A program made the position numbers and the translations under genes. DNA of 50,438 nt from a virus (taxonomy: Duplodnaviria; Heunggongvirae; Uroviricota; Caudoviricetes). The stretch spans positions 1 through 50,438 of the IMG/VR virus record IMGVR_UViG_3300011242_000001; one strand, 5' to 3'. The notes beneath the pieces were generated by a model. The model saw only the letters and a program-made list of their open reading frames with translations, searched no databases and had not been told where the DNA came from. This document shows, piece after piece, positions 1-9,103 of this stretch; within the stretch, counting starts at the first letter, position 1; every line of letters begins with the position of its first letter.

Positions 1-57
1 TGATAAGACTTCATTATCCATTTTTTGATCCTTTTTAGTTGATATATAAAAATTATA

Positions 58-348
58 TCACGTTTTTTTACGGCGGGTGTTATAGTCTATAAAACTTTTT
101 AGCTGTTTCATTAATATCGCTGCTTCTTCAACATTCATATTCATCGACATATGAAAATCTTTGTCTGTATTATTATCATGCGCATGGATATTAAAACAAA
201 ATTCTGATACTGGATTTTTTGGATGCTTATATGCGTTATCTTCAAAGCTTTCACCAAAAGTAGTTAATGACTTTATTTCGTACGGAAAATACTTTTTATG
301 TTCGCGTTCAAAATGTTCACGCCATTCAAATATCATCGGTTTTTTCAT
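58..348 (-). CDS. hypothetical protein
   Basis: 96-aa ORF overlapping the stop of the upstream minus-strand ORF; no recognisable motif. Confidence 0.65.
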   Translation of the reverse strand: MKKPMIFEWREHFEREHKKYFPYEIKSLTTFGESFEDNAYKHPKNPVSEFCFNIHAHDNNTDKDFHMSMNMNVEEAAILMKQLKSFIDYNTRRKKT

Positions 349-887
349 TTGCGGTCAACCCATACTAATTCTTTTAAGCGGTATGATTCACGACGACCCG
401 TATTTTTTTCAATCCATGCATCAATTTCTAATGGATTATTGAAATATTGAACGACTAGCTCTTGATATGCATATGGCCAATCTTTATCAATAAAATCAAA
501 AGATGCAACTACTTGCAAATCTTTTGTCAGTTCATCCAGCCGGTCTTTAAGTGTATCAAGGCTAATACAGAATGCTTCCATACGATAATAGCTGTTATTA
601 GCCGGATTATATACTTGTGCCATTGGAGGACGACGTTTAATAATATTGTATGCGGCGGCAAATCCGATTGATTGAATATATTGGTCAATATCAATACATG
701 GATCAAGGACTTCATCTGGATCATATGATGAGAACTGTTCAAATACAATACCAATATTGTCATTAGAAATTTCCAATGGCCAATTTCCAGGATTAACTAT
801 ATTATTTGCAAGCCAGTTATCTTTGAACTTATCCAGGTCAGCATGAATTTTATTAATAATATCTACTATATTTGTAGTATCGCTCAT
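345..887 (-). CDS. hypothetical protein
   Basis: ORF track gives 345..989; ATG at 887 (MSDTT) preferred because the upstream part overlaps the AT-rich promoter region. Confidence 0.65.
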   Translation of the reverse strand: MSDTTNIVDIINKIHADLDKFKDNWLANNIVNPGNWPLEISNDNIGIVFEQFSSYDPDEVLDPCIDIDQYIQSIGFAAAYNIIKRRPPMAQVYNPANNSYYRMEAFCISLDTLKDRLDELTKDLQVVASFDFIDKDWPYAYQELVVQYFNNPLEIDAWIEKNTGRRESYRLKELVWVDRK

Positions 888-948
888 ATCATTAGTCTCA
901 ATATTTAAATCAATATACATATAATATATCATATTGCGTTCAATTATA

Positions 949-968
949 TATAAATAAATATATAAATA
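949..968 (+). promoter_or_regulatory. two tandem T4-type late promoters (TATAAATA)
   Basis: TATAAATA at 949-956 and 961-968 upstream of ORF 1004. Confidence 0.6.
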
Positions 969-1003
969 AATATATAAAACAAAAAACAAGAGAGTGTTTA
1001 AAA

Positions 1004-1405
1004 ATGAATTTTAAAAATTACTTAAATGAAGCTGAATCAACCGCCAAGGTAAAATATAAACTAGTTAAAAATTCTGCTATTGGTAATATATTATTAGGCG
1101 AAACAGATATCGCTGAAAAAATTGTTGACGATATCCGTAGAGAAAGTAAAGGCGACGGTTTTGATATAGATGAAGGCGATATCTATTTCACTCATATTGA
1201 ACCATTGCAAAATGGCAACTTTAAAGTACACATTGTCGCCGTTATGCCGTATGATGACGGAAAAGCTGGTTTAGACAAATTTGAAGCCGTTATCGATAAG
1301 AACGCCAATGTTAGAAGCATTTCCGGTGATCAGGGCGATACAATGGATGCAAAAAAATGTAGAGAATTGGCAAATAGTCAAGGTATACGTCTTTTAGATA
1401 TTTAA
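1004..1405 (+). CDS. putative internal head (packaged) protein with CTS-like leader MNFKNYLNE
   Basis: N-terminal motif shared with ~16 other ORFs; late promoter upstream. Confidence 0.7.
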   Translation: MNFKNYLNEAESTAKVKYKLVKNSAIGNILLGETDIAEKIVDDIRRESKGDGFDIDEGDIYFTHIEPLQNGNFKVHIVAVMPYDDGKAGLDKFEAVIDKNANVRSISGDQGDTMDAKKCRELANSQGIRLLDI

Positions 1406-1430
1406 AAAAAGGACCATATGGTCCTTTTTT
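1404..1430. terminator. bidirectional intrinsic terminator (GGACC family)
   Basis: A7-GGACCA-TA-TGGTCC-T6 between convergent genes. Confidence 0.8.
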
Positions 1431-1743
1431 AATCCGGTTGAATATCATAAATTTTACCACCGCCATAATATGGCGAGTCCACAAGCACAGTCTCACTGTA
1501 TGAACTATATTGATCGTTATGACCAATGAAAGCAATCGCAATACTATCGTTACCATTATCAAAAACATAAACTCGATATTTTAAGCAGCTTTCTTCATGA
1601 TAGTAATAATCATCTTCTTGTGCGGTAATACCTTTAGCATCTAATAGAGCATCAGCAAATGATTCTTCACCGCGGAAAAAATCTTCTTGATAAGATTTGC
1701 TTTGTTCAAAGATTTCTTTAACTGCATCTAATAATGTATTCAT
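1429..1743 (-). CDS. conserved acidic phage protein, distant paralogue of 19789-20148 and 20145-20555
   Basis: ATG at 1743 after GGAG; shares Y..VY.F...F.G...Y.S pattern. Confidence 0.65.
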   Translation of the reverse strand: MNTLLDAVKEIFEQSKSYQEDFFRGEESFADALLDAKGITAQEDDYYYHEESCLKYRVYVFDNGNDSIAIAFIGHNDQYSSYSETVLVDSPYYGGGKIYDIQPD

Positions 1744-1780
1744 ATCGTTTACTCCATCGAGTTTGTTTGTTGATAGAATC

Positions 1781-1813
1781 ATTATATACCATATGATTAT
1801 ATTTGTATATACA
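1781..1813 (-). promoter_or_regulatory. early (sigma70-type) promoter
   Basis: reverse strand reads ATGTATATACA-N17-TATAAT-GATTCTAT; near-identical copies at 10660 and 12790. Confidence 0.75.
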
Positions 1814-1887
1814 TTTTAATAAATAAGTCAAATAATATTATTTCTAAATAGTTATAATAAATAAAATCTCAAAAAGGATAAATAGCT

Positions 1888-2247
1888 ATGAAATTTTCAC
1901 AATTTTTAAATGAGTCTGAAACAAAATATAAAGATCGTTATAAATTAGAAGATGCATTATATAAAAATAAAGCCAAACTTAAAAAAATTGAAGCTGCATT
2001 TGAAGAAAATTATAGTGATAATGAAGATAATTTTGACGAAGATAGTTTTGTATATAAAATTGTAAAGTCTTTAAAAGATGCAGGTGTAAATGAACTTGCT
2101 AATGCAATTCATACAATTAAAGATGTTGAATCCGTTGAACATTATATTTCAAATATAGATGATATTTCATCTGTTGCAAATAAATTACATTACCATCAAA
2201 ATTTAGATGATATAGCTAAAGCTATTTTAGATTATGTTGTTGGATAA
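1888..2247 (+). CDS. putative internal head protein with CTS-like leader MKFSQFLNE
   Basis: leader motif; AGGA RBS; TAAATA at 1858-1863. Confidence 0.7.
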   Translation: MKFSQFLNESETKYKDRYKLEDALYKNKAKLKKIEAAFEENYSDNEDNFDEDSFVYKIVKSLKDAGVNELANAIHTIKDVESVEHYISNIDDISSVANKLHYHQNLDDIAKAILDYVVG

Positions 2248-2365
2248 TAAAAAAATATAAAGTTATATTTGAGTATACTTTGCTAAGTGGAAGCAATTTC
2301 CAAAAGATAAAAAATTAGTAATATTAAAAGAATATGATTTAAAAGAATTAGGTATTATATAAAAG

Positions 2366-2392
2366 AAAAGCCACTCATATTGAGTGGCTTTT
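2366..2392. terminator. intrinsic terminator downstream of tRNA-Asn
   Basis: AAAAGCCACTCA-TAT-TGAGTGGCTTTT. Confidence 0.8.
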
Positions 2393-2398
2393 AGAATT

Positions 2399-2474
2399 TG
2401 GCTCCCCGGGCAGGGCTCGAACCTGCGACCAAGAGATTAACAGTCTCCTGCTCTACCAACTGAGCTACCGAGGA
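2399..2474 (-). tRNA. tRNA-Asn (GUU)
   Basis: TCCTCGG-TA-GCTC..GAGC-A-GGAGA-CTGTTAA-TCTCT..GCAGG-TTCGAGC-CCTGC-CCGGGGA-G-CCA; 76 nt, encoded CCA, U1-A72. Confidence 0.97.
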
Positions 2475-2475
2475 A

Positions 2476-2728
2476 TTAATCAATCATATATTGGCTTAAT
2501 TATGGCTCGCCATAACTGAGATATCCGCAATATGATTGACTGAACAACTCAACCATTATTATTACTTGATCACACGCTAAACGCGATCACATTTCATAAT
2601 AACAGTAGAGTTATGGTATGATTTCACGTATCATACTTGTACACCCTCCGGGCGTCTCACGAATTGATTACCAAGCCATCAATCCAGGCGTTGCTAGCAC
2701 ATCTGATTTACATCAGCAGCTGAGGATT
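2476..2728 (-). ncRNA. candidate structured ncRNA co-transcribed upstream of tRNA-Asn
   Basis: ORF-free, GC-richer than flanks, at least six hairpins; TTTACA/TATAAT promoter at ~2731-2759. Confidence 0.55.
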
Positions 2729-2828
2729 TCATTATATATATTATTTATGTTAATGTAAATAAAAATATTATGTTTTCGCGCACTTTTTTATAAAAATATA
2801 ATCAACAGTCTATTTTTTAATCAATTTA

Positions 2829-2999
2829 TTAATGACTGTATGCAATATCAATATTGAAAATATAAACTAATGCTAATAAGATTAAACAACCTAATAAAGT
2901 GCCAACAGGAAAAGCAAACTCAAATGGTTTAACACCTAATAATTTTATTAAAAATATTGATAATAATGTTGATATAATTATTGCTATATATAATCCCAT
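2829..2999 (-). CDS. small membrane protein (56 aa, two hydrophobic segments); not in ORF track
   Basis: hand translation MGLYIAIIISTLLSIFLIKLLGVKPFEFAFPVGTLLGCLILLALVYIFNIDIAYSH; AAGGA RBS. Confidence 0.65.
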   Translation of the reverse strand: MGLYIAIIISTLLSIFLIKLLGVKPFEFAFPVGTLLGCLILLALVYIFNIDIAYSH

Positions 3000-3046
3000 A
3001 TAATGTCCTTTTTATATATTATTTATGCGAATCATAAAAGCTTATT

Positions 3047-3132
3047 AAAAGAAAAGGGAAATACAATTAAGTATTTCCCTTTTCATATCGCTACCTTAAA
3101 CCGGGTTTAATATAACGATACGCTGTTTACGA
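3047..3132 (-). ncRNA. candidate ~85-nt small RNA (hairpin plus terminator)
   Basis: GTTTAC...TATAAT promoter at 3138-3166, hairpin TATCGTTAT..GTAGCGATA, terminator AAAGGGAAATAC/GTATTTCCCTTT; no ORF. Confidence 0.45.
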
Positions 3133-3173
3133 ATTACATTATACATCAATTTTTATATAAGTAAACATATAAT

Positions 3174-3965
3174 TTAAGTAATTATGTTATATTTTGACAT
3201 TACACGGTTAATACGTTCATCATGTTCCAAATCAGATAATACAAAGTCAACTAAATCAATCTTAGAACGTATAACGGTTTCGCCACTACATTCTGCGATT
3301 TTTGTATATTGAACCCGCTTTAGATATGATCCAGATTTAAAGAATTTAGGTTCATCTTCCCAAATAACATTCTTTTGAGTTTTCAACATATCTTTCATTA
3401 CATCAGAATTTTTCTTTTGTAATGATGCGTGACTGAAGTGATGTTGCGCAAGCATGCTAACGCTATTTTTAATAGCATCTTTCTCACGCCATAAAATAGC
3501 ATTTGCCGCTTCTGCTTCATTTGGTACTTCAAAAATACGACAGTCAAATCGTGGTAAATTACCTTTGCCAAATTTCTCTGGAATTAAACGTTGTAGATTT
3601 ACATTGAAGTATGCTGTACAAGATGCAGCCAATGAAGATACTAACTTTTGAATTTTTGCATTAAAAGTAGTTGGGGAGTCATAGTCATTTACAAGAATCA
3701 ATGAAATTTCATCCGACTGTGTATAACCTATAGTCGCATTATATTCGTCAACCAGGTATGCAGTCGTTTCTTGCATTAAACGACTTAAACGTACATCATA
3801 TGGGCGAGTCAAGCCTTTTGTGAATTTACTAAAACTACGTCCATCCAACCGCACATATAAAATACTATTTGGACGAAAACGCTTCTCTGTTTCAATTCGT
3901 TCATATGCTTTTAGTCTGTCACCCATTGCATCCATACGCTGACTTCTTACTGTTTGCTTTTTCAT
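3174..3965 (-). CDS. thg1: tRNA-His guanylyltransferase (Thg1-like protein, 3'-5' polymerase)
   Basis: RLKAYE, VRLDGRSFSKF, GYTQSDEISL, FDCR, WREKDA motifs. Confidence 0.92.
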   Translation of the reverse strand: MKKQTVRSQRMDAMGDRLKAYERIETEKRFRPNSILYVRLDGRSFSKFTKGLTRPYDVRLSRLMQETTAYLVDEYNATIGYTQSDEISLILVNDYDSPTTFNAKIQKLVSSLAASCTAYFNVNLQRLIPEKFGKGNLPRFDCRIFEVPNEAEAANAILWREKDAIKNSVSMLAQHHFSHASLQKKNSDVMKDMLKTQKNVIWEDEPKFFKSGSYLKRVQYTKIAECSGETVIRSKIDLVDFVLSDLEHDERINRVMSKYNIIT

Positions 3966-4204
3966 TTTAAATCACCATTTGTAAATCCGATTGCACATCC
4001 ATCTAATGTTACCAAATAAGTATCCCAGCCAATACGATCATCCTGTGCATACCATTTAACATCCAATATAGAATTTATATCCATATATGGAATTACTTTA
4101 TAAAGATGCCGTTTTAATTCAGCTCGCGAATTAACTTCAATAACTGTTTTCATCGAGTCTTCTAATAAAGATCGGTTCTCCCGAAATAATACCATATTAA
4201 CCAC
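3962..4204 (-). CDS. conserved hypothetical phage protein
   Basis: 80-aa ORF; DDRIGWDTYLVT..G.AIGFT C-terminal motif; translationally coupled to neighbours. Confidence 0.65.
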   Translation of the reverse strand: MVNMVLFRENRSLLEDSMKTVIEVNSRAELKRHLYKVIPYMDINSILDVKWYAQDDRIGWDTYLVTLDGCAIGFTNGDLK

Positions 4205-4619
4205 CTAAAATTTTAATAAGTTCTTCTTTCACTTCTTTTGGATCATACCCTTTGTTTGCTTTAAGGAATTTACCCATAAGTGCATTAAGTGCTTTTTCGT
4301 TACCCGATTTATATTGATCAACTAATATTGCATTATCTTCAAAGATAGGTGCAAACATTACACTAAAATCTTCTTTCTGTTCTAATTGAGCAAGATCGCG
4401 ATCTAAAATAATAAAGTCTACTATAAATGCTGTATTCATTGCATTTTTAATAAATTCATTATAATATTCAATATCGAATTCTTCTGGTATTTCATTACCA
4501 GCTAAAAATAAATCACGCCCAGAAGCAGCTTTAACTAATTGAATCATTGCCGCAGCTTCTTCAAATCGTTCAAAACGGATAGGGCATTTCTTTTCGTCAC
4601 TTCGCAATTCAAACATCAT
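4197..4619 (-). CDS. protein with GatB/YqeY-like C-terminal tail domain
   Basis: C-terminus VDQYKSGNEKALNALMGKFLKANKGYDPKEVKEELIKIL resembles the GatB tail; start moved to ATG 4619 downstream of a promoter at ~4654-4680. Confidence 0.7.
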   Translation of the reverse strand: MMFELRSDEKKCPIRFERFEEAAAMIQLVKAASGRDLFLAGNEIPEEFDIEYYNEFIKNAMNTAFIVDFIILDRDLAQLEQKEDFSVMFAPIFEDNAILVDQYKSGNEKALNALMGKFLKANKGYDPKEVKEELIKILGG

Positions 4620-4713
4620 ACTAAACTCTTTTGCATGTGCGTTTATAATAATAAATATAACGCCATATGTACATATATTTTTTAATAAAAAAAGGACCAT
4701 TAAGGTCCTAATT

Positions 4714-5499
4714 TTAAACAAGTTCAAACTTGCTTTGTAAATCATTAAATGTTACAGCTAGACGTTTATCTTGTGCGACAATATTTTGTTCATTATATAT
4801 TTTTCGCATTATAAGTAGCGCATCGCCATTTATATTAGTAATTGGTGAGTCAAGTTTGGTCAAATATTTACCAAATTGACTATATTCGCATGTATAATAC
4901 TCATCACCTAATTTATATATACTATGAATAAATATAAATTTATCTTTATGTGTATCATAAAATTCAACTTGTTGACGTAATGTTTCAATATTAGAATTTA
5001 AACCACTGATGCTCAATCGTCTATTTTCTAACTCAATCATTTTGTCGGTTTTTTTATCTAGCTGATAAACTGTACCAGCTTTAGTTAAAAATGTGTATAT
5101 ATTATTGATATTATCAACTTCATATTTGATAACTTCATCCCATTGGATAAATTTTGCTTCTGTTTTAGTAAGTCGATTAAACAATACAACTGGATAATCG
5201 TCACGTAAGCGATATATTTCAACTTGCTTATATACAGTTCCGGACGGCGTCTTTCTTAATTCTTCACGAATTTCATTAACTGAATTACAAGAGCCAACAA
5301 AAATATTAGATTTTTTGTCGTCAGCAAACCATTTAATAAGATTGTCTAGCGAAATAGGATTTCCTTCAGTATCTAATACGTTGATTGATTCTAATGTACT
5401 AATAACTGATTCTTGCGTATAGCATAGCTCACTTTTGCTAAATCGTGAAATTGAACCTTCACCAATGTGTGTAAATTGTGTTTCTGTGACCAAGTACAT
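4714..5499 (-). CDS. hypothetical protein
   Basis: 261-aa ORF with AAGGA RBS, followed by GGACC terminator (4691-4709). Confidence 0.75.
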   Translation of the reverse strand: MYLVTETQFTHIGEGSISRFSKSELCYTQESVISTLESINVLDTEGNPISLDNLIKWFADDKKSNIFVGSCNSVNEIREELRKTPSGTVYKQVEIYRLRDDYPVVLFNRLTKTEAKFIQWDEVIKYEVDNINNIYTFLTKAGTVYQLDKKTDKMIELENRRLSISGLNSNIETLRQQVEFYDTHKDKFIFIHSIYKLGDEYYTCEYSQFGKYLTKLDSPITNINGDALLIMRKIYNEQNIVAQDKRLAVTFNDLQSKFELV

Positions 5500-5508
5500 A
5501 TAAAATCC

Positions 5509-5781
5509 TTATTTCTTAATTGATCTGATTAGATCGCATCCGCGTTTATTTGTATTGGCAATATAAACATGGTCACGCTTAACTCGACGCCAGTCACTGC
5601 AACGTTTATTACTATCACGTCTAATCGCACCAGTGCTTAATATTTTATATTTGACACTAAAATGCTTTGGCGGATTCACTTTAATAATACGAATTTCTTC
5701 ATATTTTGGTGGTGTCTGTTCTGGCGGTTTACATGCAGATAAACCCACAATAATAGGAATTAATAATAAAATTTTTTTCAT
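5509..5781 (-). CDS. putative lipoprotein
   Basis: MKKILLLIPIIVGLSA|C lipobox. Confidence 0.75.
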   Translation of the reverse strand: MKKILLLIPIIVGLSACKPPEQTPPKYEEIRIIKVNPPKHFSVKYKILSTGAIRRDSNKRCSDWRRVKRDHVYIANTNKRGCDLIRSIKK

Positions 5782-6266
5782 TAATTAGATTTAACCTTCT
5801 TAAGTTTTGGAATAATAACATCTTCTTTTAAAAGATATACTTCAATATTATCAAATACGCGAACAAAGTCACCATAATAACTAACTGGTGAACCTAAAAT
5901 GCCTTCAATTGCGTTATATAATAATTCTTTATTATATTCAACAAATTCTTTATCATTAAGGGCTAACTCAATAGAATCGACATCGTATAGATCAATATCT
6001 AATTGCGAATCAATTTCATCCATATATTTGTCACGTAAACTATGTAAATGAGTCATTGCTTTAATAAAATTAAAATCATCATTACCCATGCCGCCATAGC
6101 TACATGAAAAGCCGGGAAGCCATTCTTTATAAAACGCCACTTCTTTTTCAGTTAAGCCAGTAATAACCGTATATGAATAATCATCCGCATCATTTTCCCA
6201 TGCAGTTACTTTAACAATATAGCCAGCTTTAATAGTTTGACCAAACATATTTATATCAAGATTCAT
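5781..6266 (-). CDS. hypothetical protein
   Basis: 161-aa ORF, AAGGA RBS, VTAWENDADDY motif. Confidence 0.75.
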   Translation of the reverse strand: MNLDINMFGQTIKAGYIVKVTAWENDADDYSYTVITGLTEKEVAFYKEWLPGFSCSYGGMGNDDFNFIKAMTHLHSLRDKYMDEIDSQLDIDLYDVDSIELALNDKEFVEYNKELLYNAIEGILGSPVSYYGDFVRVFDNIEVYLLKEDVIIPKLKKVKSN

Positions 6267-6284
6267 ATTATTTCCTTTAAATTA

Positions 6285-6755
6285 TTACCACGCTAAATTT
6301 GCATTAATACGATTAGAATAATATTGATAATAGTCAACCGCATTTTTTATGTTACTGAATCGATAAGATTGTCGATATGATTTACACTCGTTTTTATTAT
6401 ATTGAATAGCATCTAATACATCGGTATATAAGACCGTGTGTGTATAAATGTTATTTGTACTTTCTGAAAATATCACCGCCCCTAATTCATATAAAATAAC
6501 GCCTTTAATTGGCCCATTCATTAAATCACTATAATTAGTATCTAAAAAATTGGCAATATCTGTTTTAGTCTTTTCATAATCCAAATTAAAGATAGATAAG
6601 CTATAAGATACAAGGCAAGATTTTACTCGCCGCTCACTGTCATTTAAAAAAGTAACATATGGATTAGACTTGTATTGATTCAAACGGTCTAAAACCAAAC
6701 CGCCTGCTTCTGGATAATATAATAAATTAATTGTATTACTTGTATAAGGTTTCAT
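6285..6755 (-). CDS. hypothetical protein
   Basis: 156-aa ORF with AGGAG RBS. Confidence 0.7.
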   Translation of the reverse strand: MKPYTSNTINLLYYPEAGGLVLDRLNQYKSNPYVTFLNDSERRVKSCLVSYSLSIFNLDYEKTKTDIANFLDTNYSDLMNGPIKGVILYELGAVIFSESTNNIYTHTVLYTDVLDAIQYNKNECKSYRQSYRFSNIKNAVDYYQYYSNRINANLAW

Positions 6756-6766
6756 CCTTATCTCCT

Positions 6767-7279
6767 TTAAGGCCAGTCAAATGTATCAATGATTTTGTAT
6801 ACTAATGATCCAGTCTGATTAATATTTCTAAGTTCAAACTTATTATTTTCGGCGCTTTTAAGTACGCCATTTATTTGTGTTTTACCACAATCAACTGTGA
6901 AATTTTTTCGACGATCATAATTTATAATATCACCACATGGCATTAATATAATAAAATCATTATGACTGGATTTATGAATTAATTTACCATCAACAAACCA
7001 TTCTATATAACCGTCTTTTATTTCTAATTTGGCATTAATAAGCTTCGCCAATGCTTTTGTACGATCACATGCTTCTCCATTAAATATCCGACTAAAAATC
7101 ATTAGATAAATGTGGTTATACGGTGATAATACAAAGTTTATATGGCTTGACTTTAAAATATCTAATCCCAATATCTTTAAATCGGACTCATACTTCCGCG
7201 CTGTTAATTTATCTATAATAAAAGCTATAATAAGTAAAATCGATATAATAATCCCGGCTAACATTAAAATCATTTGCAT
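6767..7279 (-). CDS. membrane-anchored hypothetical protein
   Basis: N-terminal hydrophobic segment; early-type promoter at ~7345-7376. Confidence 0.7.
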   Translation of the reverse strand: MQMILMLAGIIISILLIIAFIIDKLTARKYESDLKILGLDILKSSHINFVLSPYNHIYLMIFSRIFNGEACDRTKALAKLINAKLEIKDGYIEWFVDGKLIHKSSHNDFIILMPCGDIINYDRRKNFTVDCGKTQINGVLKSAENNKFELRNINQTGSLVYKIIDTFDWP

Positions 7280-7428
7280 GACTATATTCCGTATAATTTA
7301 ATTACATATAGTGATATACATCTATATCGCTTTTCACGTAATTTATTATAGACTGTTTAAAAATTAATGTATACACAAAAATTAAAAATGTATGCTAATA
7401 TTAGCATACATTCCATATAGTTTACATT

Positions 7429-8877
7429 TTAAAACTTATCGTCTGATTCTTGCACAGTAATTGTATTTTTATCAGCCAATGGGTTATAAATAATAACATC
7501 TTCATCCCCATTTTTATCTACTGCAATTACATATTTTTCGCCTGATAAATTCATTTTATGACACATTTTTTGATACCAACCGGCTAAACCTGTAGTTGCT
7601 TCATTTGGATTATGATAAAAAGCATTCATCACAGGAGGCAATCCTAAGCCACACACCACACCCGAAAGCAATACGCTAATAAATGTATATCCCAGGATAA
7701 AAGAGCTATATGGAGCCAACTGTGGTACATTAATGACTGCTAATACTAGTGCTAATGAAATGCCGCCGCGAACACCTGCCCAAGAAAGAATCGTTAAACT
7801 ACCATTTAAGCTATTTTTACGAACATTTGGGAATAAATAGAATGTTAAGAAATTAGCAATAAATCGTGAACAATGCAATACTAAGAATGCAAATACACCA
7901 GATAATAACATTACAATATTAAGGTCAAGAATAAATAGTTCTAATCCAATAAGAGTGAACAAAAACGCATTAATGATACCTTCAATTGTATGCCAAAAAT
8001 GGTTTACTTCATCTGTATCTTTTTCTTTTAAGAACTCATTCCATTTATTACCAACCATTAAACCTGCAATTACACATGCAATTGGTGCTGACGCATGAGC
8101 ATATAACGCGACCAAATAAGATGCACTTGCTAATAATGCCGTAATTAAAATCATTGTTTCCATATCATGTTTGCCTTTTAATAAAGCGAGCGCAATACGA
8201 CCAAATGCATAACCAATAATAGCAGCAATAATAATTTCAAATAATAGTGTTTCTACTACCCCAATAACTGTAAAGTCTCCGCCTTTAATAATATTAAGAA
8301 TAGTCATAAATAATGAAATACACATTGCATCATTAAATAGTGATTCACCTTCTAATTTAACCATTAAATGGTTAGGCGCTTTAACAGAACTTAATACGCC
8401 TTTAATACCAATTGGATCTGTCGCTCCTAATGCAGCACCAAGTAATAGTAAAACTAGTAATGGAATTGGAGATCCAATCATATATTGATAACCATACATG
8501 ATTACACCAAACAAGAATGCGCATGTCAATAAAGATAATGTCGCTAAAATTGTAATTGGTTTCCAATGAGCTTTAAGATCAGAACTTTTAAATTTTAATG
8601 CTGATGCCGTTAATACAAAACAGATTACACCATTAATTAAAAAATCATAAAAATTAATGCCGCGTACTGTATTTTCAATTTCATTCACATTGATAGTAAA
8701 GAATTGGTTTCCAGCCAATAATCCAGCTGCCCACTGTAAAATAAATACAGAAATTGCTGCTACAATTGGGGCCCCAATCGCAGGGGGAAAACCTAATACA
8801 CGTTTGTTAATCATTGATGTTGCAACGGATAGTGCAAACACAATAACAAAGACTTCAAGATATAAAAAGCTACCCAT
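7429..8877 (-). CDS. Na+/H+ antiporter, CPA1 (NhaP-like) family
   Basis: multiple TM segments; GAALGATDP, LEGESLFNDA, WAGVRGGISLALVL motifs; GGAG RBS before ATG 8877. Confidence 0.9.
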   Translation of the reverse strand: MGSFLYLEVFVIVFALSVATSMINKRVLGFPPAIGAPIVAAISVFILQWAAGLLAGNQFFTINVNEIENTVRGINFYDFLINGVICFVLTASALKFKSSDLKAHWKPITILATLSLLTCAFLFGVIMYGYQYMIGSPIPLLVLLLLGAALGATDPIGIKGVLSSVKAPNHLMVKLEGESLFNDAMCISLFMTILNIIKGGDFTVIGVVETLLFEIIIAAIIGYAFGRIALALLKGKHDMETMILITALLASASYLVALYAHASAPIACVIAGLMVGNKWNEFLKEKDTDEVNHFWHTIEGIINAFLFTLIGLELFILDLNIVMLLSGVFAFLVLHCSRFIANFLTFYLFPNVRKNSLNGSLTILSWAGVRGGISLALVLAVINVPQLAPYSSFILGYTFISVLLSGVVCGLGLPPVMNAFYHNPNEATTGLAGWYQKMCHKMNLSGEKYVIAVDKNGDEDVIIYNPLADKNTITVQESDDKF

Positions 8878-8988
8878 CAAAAATACTCCATAATTTATAA
8901 ACGCAAATATAACGTATACAAATATAATTGTATATACAAAGATTTAAAAAATTTTATATAAATAAAATATATATACAGGAGAAATAAA

Positions 8989-9075
8989 ATGGGCTTACTT
9001 TATCTTATCTTTTTGGCTTTCCTTGTACTATGTACTCATTTATGGTATACAAAAAAATTTAATAAAAAGAAATAA
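8989..9075 (+). CDS. 28-aa single-TM microprotein; not in ORF track
   Basis: MGLLYLIFLAFLVLCTHLWYTKKFNKKK; AGGAGA RBS; TATAAATA at 8957-8964. Confidence 0.65.
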   Translation: MGLLYLIFLAFLVLCTHLWYTKKFNKKK

Positions 9076-9103
9076 GTTATATGATATAATTTGATTTTAT
9101 CAA

